A stretch of 64,000 nt of DNA from an uncultured bacterium (GTDB lineage Bacteria; Patescibacteriota; Patescibacteriia; Magasanikbacterales; GWA2-37-8): the NCBI GenBank assembly GCA_937903605.1, contig CALCZC010000025.1, positions 67,275 through 131,274 of the forward strand, given 5' to 3'. Positions 56,816 to 64,000 of this stretch are shown piece by piece (within the stretch, counting starts at the first letter, position 1; each line of letters starts with the position of its first letter). Below the pieces are notes generated by a model. That model was not told where the DNA came from. It saw nothing but the letters and a program-made list of their open reading frames with translations, and searched no databases. The translations under genes and the position numbers were made by a program.

Positions 56816-57655
56816 ATGGAGAACTTATTATTACCGTCAAAAATTGAGTTTAATGAAGGCGAACAAGGTAATATCGGGGTGGTTACCGTCAGTCCGTGTT
56901 ATTTCGGCTACGGCACAACTCTGGGAAACGCTTTGCGTCGCGTACTTTTATCTTCTTTGCCGGGGGCAGCGGTAGAATCTTTCAAAATTAAAGGCGTTCA
57001 ACATGAATTTTCTACCATCGAAGGAGTAAAGGAAGATGTTGTAGAAATAATGTTAAACCTAAAACAATTGGTGGTAAAAGTTTATTCGCAAGAACCGGTA
57101 ACATTGGTACTTACCAAAAAAGGTCCTGGTGCGGTCACAGCAGCTGATTTTGAAAAAAATGCTGATGTGGAAATTATCAATTCCGACTTAGTTATTGCCA
57201 ATTTAACCGCCAATAAAACTTTTGAAATGGAAATTACTGTGGGAGTTGGCAGAGGTTTTAGAACGGTTGAAGAAAAAGATAAACAAGCTGTTGATTTGGG
57301 AACTGTTTTGATAGATTCCATCTATACTCCGGTCAAAGATGTTGGTTATCATGTTGAATATACTCGTGTAGGAGATATTACCAACTATGAAAAATTGACT
57401 TTAACCATTGAAACCAACGGTTCAATTTCACCAAAATTGGCCTTACAACAAGCCAATGACATCTTGATGGAACATTTCAAAATCGTCGCTTCCGGTATAA
57501 AAACCGAAGAAGAACTATACAGTGAACCGGAAATTTCTCTAGAAAAAGAAATTGAAGGAATAGATGAAGAAACACCGATAAAAGAAAAAAAGAAAAAGGG
57601 GGAAGAAAAGGTCGCTAAAAAAGTTAAAAAAACCACTAGTAAAAAAAGTAAGTAA
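56816..57655 (+). CDS. rpoA: RNA polymerase alpha subunit (NTD plus charged tail)
   Basis: GYGTTLGNALRRVLLSSLPG and HEFSTIEGVKED motifs. Confidence 0.97.
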   Translation: MENLLLPSKIEFNEGEQGNIGVVTVSPCYFGYGTTLGNALRRVLLSSLPGAAVESFKIKGVQHEFSTIEGVKEDVVEIMLNLKQLVVKVYSQEPVTLVLTKKGPGAVTAADFEKNADVEIINSDLVIANLTANKTFEMEITVGVGRGFRTVEEKDKQAVDLGTVLIDSIYTPVKDVGYHVEYTRVGDITNYEKLTLTIETNGSISPKLALQQANDILMEHFKIVASGIKTEEELYSEPEISLEKEIEGIDEETPIKEKKKKGEEKVAKKVKKTTSKKSK

Positions 57656-57661
57656 ACCCCT

Positions 57662-58012
57662 ATGAGACACAAAAGTAAAAAAATAACTTTGGATAGAGCT
57701 AAAGCCGGAAGACGCGCGTTGATGGCCAATCTGGTTGAAAGTTTGATTTTGTACGGAAAAATAAAAACAACCAAAGCCAAAGCCAGAGCGACTCGTTCCG
57801 CAATAGAAAAATTGATCACTATTGCCAAGAAAAATAATTTAGCTGCCCGTCGACAAATTTCTAAAACATTATATACAAAAAATGCGGTTAAAAAGTTGAT
57901 GGAAGTATATGGTCCGAAATATAATGAAACCAAAGGCGGCTGCACCAGAATTATTACTTTAAAAAACCGTAAAGGCGACGGAGCCGAAGAAGCGGTTGTA
58001 GAATTTATTTAA
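57662..58012 (+). CDS. rplQ: 50S ribosomal protein L17
   Basis: MRHK, IKTTKAKA, GGCTRI and RKGDGA motifs. Confidence 0.97.
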   Translation: MRHKSKKITLDRAKAGRRALMANLVESLILYGKIKTTKAKARATRSAIEKLITIAKKNNLAARRQISKTLYTKNAVKKLMEVYGPKYNETKGGCTRIITLKNRKGDGAEEAVVEFI

Positions 58013-58023
58013 TTTTTTTAGCT

Positions 58024-58371
58024 ATGAATAGAAAGAAAATTGAAATTGACGCCACAGACATGGCTCCGGGACGTTTAGCCACAAAAATCGCGATGATTTT
58101 GATGGGTAAACACAAAGTCGGCTATGAACCGCGCTTGGACAAAGGAGATAAAGTCGTGATAGTCAATGTAGAAAAATTAAAATTTACCGGTAAAAAGTTG
58201 GATCAAAAAGTTTATCGTCACCACAGTATGCATCCAGGCGGTTTGAAAGAAACTCCGGCTAAAAAAATCATGAAAGAAGATCCTAAAAAAATTGTTTTGC
58301 ATGCTGTCGCGAAAATGTTGCCGAAAAACAAATTACGCGACGGAAGAATGTTAAGAATATCATTTAAATAA
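58024..58371 (+). CDS. rplM: 50S ribosomal protein L13 (short form)
   Basis: IDA...GRLAT, GKHK, H..HPGGLK and MLPKN motifs. Confidence 0.96.
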   Translation: MNRKKIEIDATDMAPGRLATKIAMILMGKHKVGYEPRLDKGDKVVIVNVEKLKFTGKKLDQKVYRHHSMHPGGLKETPAKKIMKEDPKKIVLHAVAKMLPKNKLRDGRMLRISFK

Positions 58372-58379
58372 TTTGTTCT

Positions 58380-58805
58380 ATGGCAAAAACAACAGTAAAA
58401 ACTTTAAAAAACGCTAAAAAGAAAGATGAAAACAGATCAGTTGGTCGTCGTAAATCAGCTGCTGCCAGAGTTAAGATAGACAAAGGTGAAGGTAAAATCA
58501 TTGTTAACGGCAAAGATTACAAAGAATATTTTTCTTTTTTTGAACAAGGTTTGGTTATCGTGCCTCTTAAAACCTTGGCAAAAGAAAAAGATTTGGATAT
58601 TTCCGTAAAAGTTAGCGGTGGTGGTAAAAAAGGCCAAGCTATAGCCGTACAACACGGTATTGCTCGTGCCTTGGTCAAATGGAACGAAGAATTTCGTAAG
58701 ACTTTGAAAGTTTCCGGATTATTGACTCGTGATGCTCGTGTAAAAGAAAGAAAGAAACCGGGTTTGAAAAAAGCTCGCAGAGCACCGCAATGGTCGAAGC
58801 GTTAA
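58380..58805 (+). CDS. rpsI: 30S ribosomal protein S9
   Basis: GRRK, GGGKKGQA and LTRDARVKERKKPGLKKARRAPQWSKR. Confidence 0.98.
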   Translation: MAKTTVKTLKNAKKKDENRSVGRRKSAAARVKIDKGEGKIIVNGKDYKEYFSFFEQGLVIVPLKTLAKEKDLDISVKVSGGGKKGQAIAVQHGIARALVKWNEEFRKTLKVSGLLTRDARVKERKKPGLKKARRAPQWSKR

Positions 58806-58929
58806 GCGAGACCAGTGTGGCAGAGGGGGGTCGGGGGAACTGGGTGTTCCACCGCGGAGGAGAGCAGTGAAGCGCTGAGAACCGTGGGTTCTTAGAGCGC
58901 GCAGCGCCCGCAAATGGAGCAAACGTTAA
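58806..58929 (+). mobile_element. GC-rich 124-bp insert ending in a second copy of the rpsI 3' end
   Basis: 58897-58929 encodes ARSARKWSKR-stop versus ARRAPQWSKR-stop at 58773-58805; two internal hairpins. Confidence 0.5.
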
Positions 58930-58938
58930 TATTACTTC

Positions 58939-58970
58939 AAAAAAATCCCGATTTTACATCGGGATTTTTT
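58939..58970 (+). terminator. Terminator of the ribosomal operon
   Basis: AAAAAATCCCGAT-TTTAC-ATCGGGATTTTTT. Confidence 0.85.
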
Positions 58971-59015
58971 GTTTGAAAAAAGAATAGATTACTGATATAA
59001 TGGAAGAAACAAAAT

Positions 59016-60443
59016 ATGGCTAATAGTATTGCAAAAAATACGACTTTTATGACAATTGCTTCGATCGCTCAGCGGATCGTTTCTTTTGTTTACTTTATCA
59101 TCATTGCGCGAATTATCGGAGTAGAGAATACCGGCGATTACTTTTTTGCTTTATCCTTTTCTACCATATTTTTGGTAGTGGCTGATTTCGGGCTTAACAA
59201 TGTATTGGTTCGAGAATTAGCGAGAAACCAAGAAAAAGGAAATAGTTATTTGAATAGTTTATTGAGTTTGAAATTTTTCCTCGGTATTTTTTCTTACGCT
59301 TTGATAATTTTATTCGCTAATATTTTGGGTTATTCGGAAAATATCAAACAATTGATTTATGTTGCAGGTATCACGGTGGTTTTTGACAGTTTGCAAAATC
59401 TTTTTTATGCCTCTTTGCGCGCGGCGGAAAAACTGAAATATGAAGCTTTTGGGATTTTTATGTCTCAGGTTTTAACTATGGTTATCGGAACAACAGCTTT
59501 ACTTTTGCACTGGCCGCTTTATTTTCTTATTTTAGCTTATACAATCCCGAGTTTTTTGAGTGTTTTTTACGCCGGATATTTTACTGCTAAAAATGTTGGC
59601 TGGAAATTTCACCCTGTTTGGAAAAAAGAAATTTTGCAACCTTTTTTCTTCATGGCTTTGCCATTTTTTGCGGCCGCGATTATCGGCAAACTCTATTCTT
59701 TTAGCGACTCTCTTTTGATGAGTAAAATTCTTGACAGTACGCAATTGGGTTATTGGAGTGTGCCATATAAAATAGTTTTTGCATTTCAGTTTATTCCTAT
59801 AGCTTTGACCGCCAGTTTATATCCGGTCATTTCTGCGCTTCACACCGGGGAAAACAAAGAGCGCATCGCGCAATTACTTCTCAAAGGTTGGCGCTATTTA
59901 TTACTTATTGTCATGCCTCTCATGTTTGGAATTTACGCTATAGCTGATAATTTTATCATATCTTTTTATACGTCTGCCTATGCACCATCTGTTGCCGTGC
60001 TCAAGATTTTGATTTTTAGCCTGGTTTTCGGTTATCTCAATTATACTATGGCCGCACTGCTTAATGCGGTAAATAAACAAACCGAGCAAACACTGTTGGT
60101 TTTGTTAGCCCTGATCTTAAGTGTTTGTCTAAATTTGTGGCTATTACCAAAAGCGGGGGTGTTGGGTGCCGCTATTTCCGCTTTGCTTAGTAATGCTATT
60201 TTATTTATTTTTACATTATGGCGTGTGCGAAAAATTGTTTTATTGCCAATACGTGATATTATAGCTTTGGTTGATAAATGTCTCTGGCCGGCGGTTATTA
60301 TGGCGGCAGCGGTTGTTTATTTACAAAATTATTTTCATTTCATCGCTTGTATCTTTTTAGGCGCTTTGATTTATATTGCTTTGGCTTTTGTTTTTGGCGG
60401 TTTGGTGCGTGAAGATCTAAACATTAAAAAAATTATTTTATAA
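59016..60443 (+). CDS. Wzx-type polysaccharide flippase
   Basis: IAKNT, DFGL...LVRELAR and LGYWSVPYK motifs; about 12-14 TM segments. Confidence 0.9.
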   Translation: MANSIAKNTTFMTIASIAQRIVSFVYFIIIARIIGVENTGDYFFALSFSTIFLVVADFGLNNVLVRELARNQEKGNSYLNSLLSLKFFLGIFSYALIILFANILGYSENIKQLIYVAGITVVFDSLQNLFYASLRAAEKLKYEAFGIFMSQVLTMVIGTTALLLHWPLYFLILAYTIPSFLSVFYAGYFTAKNVGWKFHPVWKKEILQPFFFMALPFFAAAIIGKLYSFSDSLLMSKILDSTQLGYWSVPYKIVFAFQFIPIALTASLYPVISALHTGENKERIAQLLLKGWRYLLLIVMPLMFGIYAIADNFIISFYTSAYAPSVAVLKILIFSLVFGYLNYTMAALLNAVNKQTEQTLLVLLALILSVCLNLWLLPKAGVLGAAISALLSNAILFIFTLWRVRKIVLLPIRDIIALVDKCLWPAVIMAAAVVYLQNYFHFIACIFLGALIYIALAFVFGGLVREDLNIKKIIL

Positions 60444-60452
60444 AAGGAATTT

Positions 60453-61565
60453 ATGAAAACGCTTATTATAACATTGGAATATCCGCCAAAAATCGGAGGT
60501 ATAGCTTCTTATACTTATAATTTTGCTTCTCATTTGAAACCGGAAGAAGTTTTTCTTTATGCCCCCAAACAATCAGGGGATAAAGAATTTGATGCTCATA
60601 ATGATTGGAAAACATATCGTTTCAAGCCATATTTTAGGATTTTATGGCCAAGATGGTTGAGAATGTTTTTTCAAGTTCGTAAAATAATAAAAAAAGAAAA
60701 AATAGAAAAAATTTATGTTCACCATGCGTTACCTTCCGGTTATGTGGCTTATTTATGTAAAAAGTTCTATAAAATTCCATATATCGTCTTTTTTCATGGT
60801 ACGGATTTGGAAGTCGGACTCAAGAAAAAAGCACGCAAAATAAAACTGGTTTGCGATGGAGCAGAAAAAATTGTCGTTAGCAGTCATTTTCTAAAAAATA
60901 AAATAACAATGAGAATAGAAAGTTTGGAAGAAAAAATTATAATTTTACATCCATGTCCGGGAGATTTCTTTTTACAACCGATTAAAACAGAAGAGTTAGA
61001 AAATTTACGGGCGAAGTTGGCACTTAAAGGTAAAAAAGTTTTGATTTCTGTAGGGAGAATGGCGGATGGCAAAGGTTTTCCTCATATGGTCAGATTATTG
61101 CCAAAGATTTTGGAAAAAGTTCCGAATTTGGTTTGGTTGGTTGTAGGCGATGGTCCTAAAAAAGAAGATTTGATTAAAAATATTCAAAAAAATTACCTGC
61201 AAAATGTCGCTCGTATTATGGGCTTTATTCCCTTAGCGGAACTACCTAAATATTATCAGTTAGCTGACACATTTGTTTTACTTACCCATAAAGACGAAGA
61301 GAGTGAAGAGGGTTGGGGGACTGCATTTCTAGAAGCTGCAGCGTCTGGTTTGCCGGTGATTGCCGGACGTGTGGGTGGAGTGGAAGAAGTGATAGAAAAT
61401 TTGGTTACCGGTATAGTGGTTGATGTTTATCAAGATCAGGGTGTTGTTTCCGCAATTTCCGAACTTTTGAAAAATCCAGATTATGCTAGACAGATGGGAG
61501 AAGCAGGACGCCAGAGAATTCTGGCTGAATTTAATTGGGAGAAACAGATAGCGAAGTTAAATTAA
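60453..61565 (+). CDS. GT4 glycosyltransferase
   Basis: YPPKIGGI, VGR...KG and EGWGTAFLEAAASGLPVI motifs. Confidence 0.93.
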   Translation: MKTLIITLEYPPKIGGIASYTYNFASHLKPEEVFLYAPKQSGDKEFDAHNDWKTYRFKPYFRILWPRWLRMFFQVRKIIKKEKIEKIYVHHALPSGYVAYLCKKFYKIPYIVFFHGTDLEVGLKKKARKIKLVCDGAEKIVVSSHFLKNKITMRIESLEEKIIILHPCPGDFFLQPIKTEELENLRAKLALKGKKVLISVGRMADGKGFPHMVRLLPKILEKVPNLVWLVVGDGPKKEDLIKNIQKNYLQNVARIMGFIPLAELPKYYQLADTFVLLTHKDEESEEGWGTAFLEAAASGLPVIAGRVGGVEEVIENLVTGIVVDVYQDQGVVSAISELLKNPDYARQMGEAGRQRILAEFNWEKQIAKLN

Positions 61566-61656
61566 TTTGGTATATTGTATACCGTATGTCGTATATCGTA
61601 TAGTTTATATTATGCTTACAATATACTAAATACTATATACGAAATACGTTTTTCAT

Positions 61657-62361
61657 ATGGTCTCAGTAATCATTCCCATCTACAACCACAAACACACAAT
61701 AATCCCGACTTTAGAGTCCATAATGGGGCAATCTTATCGTCCTATAGAAGTGATAATTGTGAATGATGGTAGCAATGACGGATTTGAAGAAATGGTGCCA
61801 AAATTGACTCAAATAGGCCGTATCAACGGGGTAGACGTTAAAATACTCAACCAAGCCAATTTCGGGGCTCCTAAGGCCAGAAATGAGGGTTTTTTGGCCT
61901 CCCGCGGGGAGTATGTTATCTTTTGGGATGCTGATACTATTGGTGAATCCCAAATGCTGTCAAAAATGGCTTCGGTTCTGGATAAAAAACCAAATATCAG
62001 TTTTGTTTACAGCGGGTTTAAATTTGGTTGGAAAAAATTTAGAAACTGTACTTTTGAACCTGAAAAATTGAAAAAATTCAATTATGTAGATATTACCAGT
62101 TTGATAAGAAGAAAAGATTTTGTGCCATTTGATGAAAGTTTAAAAAAATTCCAAGATTGGGATTTTTGGCTGGGTCTCACACTGTCTGGAAAAAAAGGTG
62201 AGTGGATTGATGAAATTTTGTATCAAAAAATAGTTCGCGGGAGAAAGGGTATTAGCTTCTGGTTGCCGAAGTTTGTTTATAAACTTCCTTGGAAGATGGA
62301 AGAAGTAAAAAAATATGAGGAAGCGAAAAAGGTTATATATAAAAAACATCACTTAGATTAG
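61657..62361 (+). CDS. GT2 glycosyltransferase
   Basis: SVIIPIYN, VNDGSND, WDAD and FQDWDFW motifs. Confidence 0.92.
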   Translation: MVSVIIPIYNHKHTIIPTLESIMGQSYRPIEVIIVNDGSNDGFEEMVPKLTQIGRINGVDVKILNQANFGAPKARNEGFLASRGEYVIFWDADTIGESQMLSKMASVLDKKPNISFVYSGFKFGWKKFRNCTFEPEKLKKFNYVDITSLIRRKDFVPFDESLKKFQDWDFWLGLTLSGKKGEWIDEILYQKIVRGRKGISFWLPKFVYKLPWKMEEVKKYEEAKKVIYKKHHLD

Positions 62362-62425
62362 TATTTAGTATATAGTATTAAGTATTCGGTATAAAAATAA
62401 AAAAGACCGTTAGTAGACGGTCTTT

Positions 62426-62521
62426 TGTTATCCCCGCGGGCCAACGGCCTCCCTTTGGGAAAGGCGGGGATCCAGAAAATTTAATTACTACCACTGGATT
62501 CTTGCTTTCGCAGGAATGACA
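62426..62521. repeat. Inverted TGTCAT REP pair
   Basis: 62426-62475 with GGCCAACGGCCTCCCTTTGGGA insert; reverse copy at 62494-62521 lies inside the ligase gene end. Confidence 0.85.
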
Positions 62522-63863
62522 GTAAAAAAATTATCAAAATTATTCCCATCACATGAAATAACGCCGGAGAAGTGAAATTGATAATCAAAATGGAAATTAG
62601 AAGCGACAAAGAAAGTTTGTTATTTTTTGTTTGTTTAAATAACAACCAAATTAAAGCCATCCAGATTAGAATTCCAACAATTCCCATTTCACCGATAATT
62701 TCGAGATATCCCCAATCATAATGCGAAGTAGTAATTTCTTTTTTGAAAATAGGGGAATAAACGGCTATGGTATCACCTAAACCATTACCAATAAGTGGGT
62801 TAGTTTTTATTTTCTCCCAAATTTTTGGCAATAACATCATACGAGAAAGCGAACTATTCTCGGAGCTTGGGTCGATTACACTTTGAGCACGACCAAGAAG
62901 TAAATTTAATCCTGCGTCTTTACCTTGAGTTATTATTAAGTTTGTTGAACAAAAAATAAATATATAAATAAAAGCGGAAAGAAAAAAAACAGAAAAAGTT
63001 TTTTTCCAATTTAGTTTGGTGATTAAAAATAAACATCCGAAAATTATCGCCAGATGATAGATACGAGTAAAGTTAATCCCGAGAACAAAAAGTAAAGCGG
63101 ATAATATGGTAATATTTTGCCAAGTAATTTTTTCTTTGATGATTTTATAAAGCCAATAAAGCAAAATAGGCGCCAAAAGCAGTTGTTCGTTGAGAACCAG
63201 ACGGAAGAAATTTCCGCCCATTTCCGTAATCTTTCCCAAACCGATATCGCGGTACCAGTGGTAATATGGATCAAACATTACCAAAGTACCGGAAGAATAA
63301 CCGATGAAAGTCAACAAAACAAACAAAGCATTGCCAATAATGGCAGCCAAAATAAGTTTTTTGACAAATGAAACAAATTCAGCATTATCCAAAAGTTCTT
63401 TGAGCGGAAAATAATAAAAAAGAAAAAAATAGGGGAGAATGTCGGAAAAAATCAAATTCATACTGTGCCCGTTTAGCAAACCAACAACAGCTGAAATACC
63501 GGCGGATAATATTAATAAGCTAAAAATTAGGCTTATGATTCTATCCTCTTTAATTAAAGGAATCAATTGTTTTCGTTTCAGTTTTTGAAAGACAAAAATT
63601 AAGGCCGAAGAAATCAAGAGTAAAGTACGTAAAGATAGACCGAAAGCGGATAGAAATCCGCCGGCCCCGCCCAAAATAATTTCAAACGCAATCAAATACC
63701 AACCTTCTTTTCTTTTGGCAATAAGCAAAGCAGCGGTTATACTCAAAAAAAACAAAGTTAAAACGGTATTCATCCAATCGCCGGGTTGGAAATAAAAAGA
63801 AAAGACGCGTAGTAGTGCGTAGTCTAGTAAGAGTAGATAAGTGGGGTAGGTGGAGAAAGACAT
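62481..63863 (-). CDS. O-antigen ligase/polymerase-like membrane protein
   Basis: FTR, SR....W..I..NPLIGNGLG and H..YLEIIGEMGIVG motifs. Confidence 0.85.
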   Translation of the reverse strand: MSFSTYPTYLLLLDYALLRVFSFYFQPGDWMNTVLTLFFLSITAALLIAKRKEGWYLIAFEIILGGAGGFLSAFGLSLRTLLLISSALIFVFQKLKRKQLIPLIKEDRIISLIFSLLILSAGISAVVGLLNGHSMNLIFSDILPYFFLFYYFPLKELLDNAEFVSFVKKLILAAIIGNALFVLLTFIGYSSGTLVMFDPYYHWYRDIGLGKITEMGGNFFRLVLNEQLLLAPILLYWLYKIIKEKITWQNITILSALLFVLGINFTRIYHLAIIFGCLFLITKLNWKKTFSVFFLSAFIYIFIFCSTNLIITQGKDAGLNLLLGRAQSVIDPSSENSSLSRMMLLPKIWEKIKTNPLIGNGLGDTIAVYSPIFKKEITTSHYDWGYLEIIGEMGIVGILIWMALIWLLFKQTKNNKLSLSLLISILIINFTSPALFHVMGIILIIFLLSFLRKQESSGSN

Positions 63864-63867
63864 GCAG

Positions 63868-64000
63868 TTATTTTAAATAACCATTGATAAATGCTTTAGC
63901 ATTCATGGATTTCTTTCCCTCAATTTGTAATTCAAATATTTCCAGCGCTCCTTCTGTGCATCCAATAAACAATCTTCCGTTTTCAACAACAAATTTTCCC
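63868..64000 (-). CDS. fmt: Methionyl-tRNA formyltransferase, C-terminal fragment
   Basis: Minus strand reads GKFVVENGRLFIGCTEGALEIFELQIEGKKSMNAKAFINGYLK-stop. Confidence 0.85.
   Translation of the reverse strand, partial: GKFVVENGRLFIGCTEGALEIFELQIEGKKSMNAKAFINGYLK

Noticed and set aside
57385-57945. 186-aa minus-strand ORF and other short overlapping ORFs in the track
   Set aside because: Antisense or out of frame to well-supported genes (rpoA/rplQ and others) with no recognisable motifs.
1-64000. Alternative genetic code (TGA=Gly), and tRNA or rRNA genes
   Set aside because: Conserved genes are full length in code 11 and TGA ends several ORFs at sensible positions. No tRNA cloverleaf or rRNA was recognised by eye; tRNAscan-SE would be the decisive check.

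Overview
AT-rich bacterial DNA in standard genetic code. It is probably from a Patescibacteria/CPR (Parcubacteria-like) genome; this is inferred from the short AlaRS, an RpoA without a recognisable alpha-CTD, the CPR-type VirB4/TraG-like ATPase and largely SD-less starts. Layout: (1) 1-17.8 kb, housekeeping and surface-glycan genes (Clp ATPase, ftsW, rml genes, four GT2s, recR-ybaB-dnaB), with one GC-rich foreign gene. (2) 17.8-28.1 kb, an accessory array headed by a small GIY-YIG nuclease. Unrelated genes (BRO-N, RhuM-Fic, two HD alarmone hydrolases, RusA, thermonuclease, RadC, NYN) sit in self-promoted modules separated by six copies of a 26-28 bp palindrome. The array also holds a SAM-I riboswitch variant and two or three candidate structured small RNAs. 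(3) 28.2-41.7 kb, a defence island: NucS-like nuclease, a type IC R-M with PrrC plus a second ABC-ATPase, then HEPN, ADP-ribosylhydrolase and Cas4-like genes. (4) 42-54 kb, housekeeping hydrolases, mnmA, alaS. (5) 54.8-58.8 kb, infA-rpmJ-rpsMKD-rpoA-rplQ-rplM-rpsI. (6) 59-64 kb, flippase, glycosyltransferases, O-antigen ligase-like gene and partial fmt. A family of TGTCAT-tagged REP-like hairpins with nested secondary inserts runs through the window, some inside coding frames. Best candidates for new biology: the palindrome-delimited cassette array, the SAM-riboswitch-controlled ORFan next to a SAM-dependent R-M system, and the NYN RNase with convergent small RNAs. All calls were made by eye; no searches or folding programs were run.
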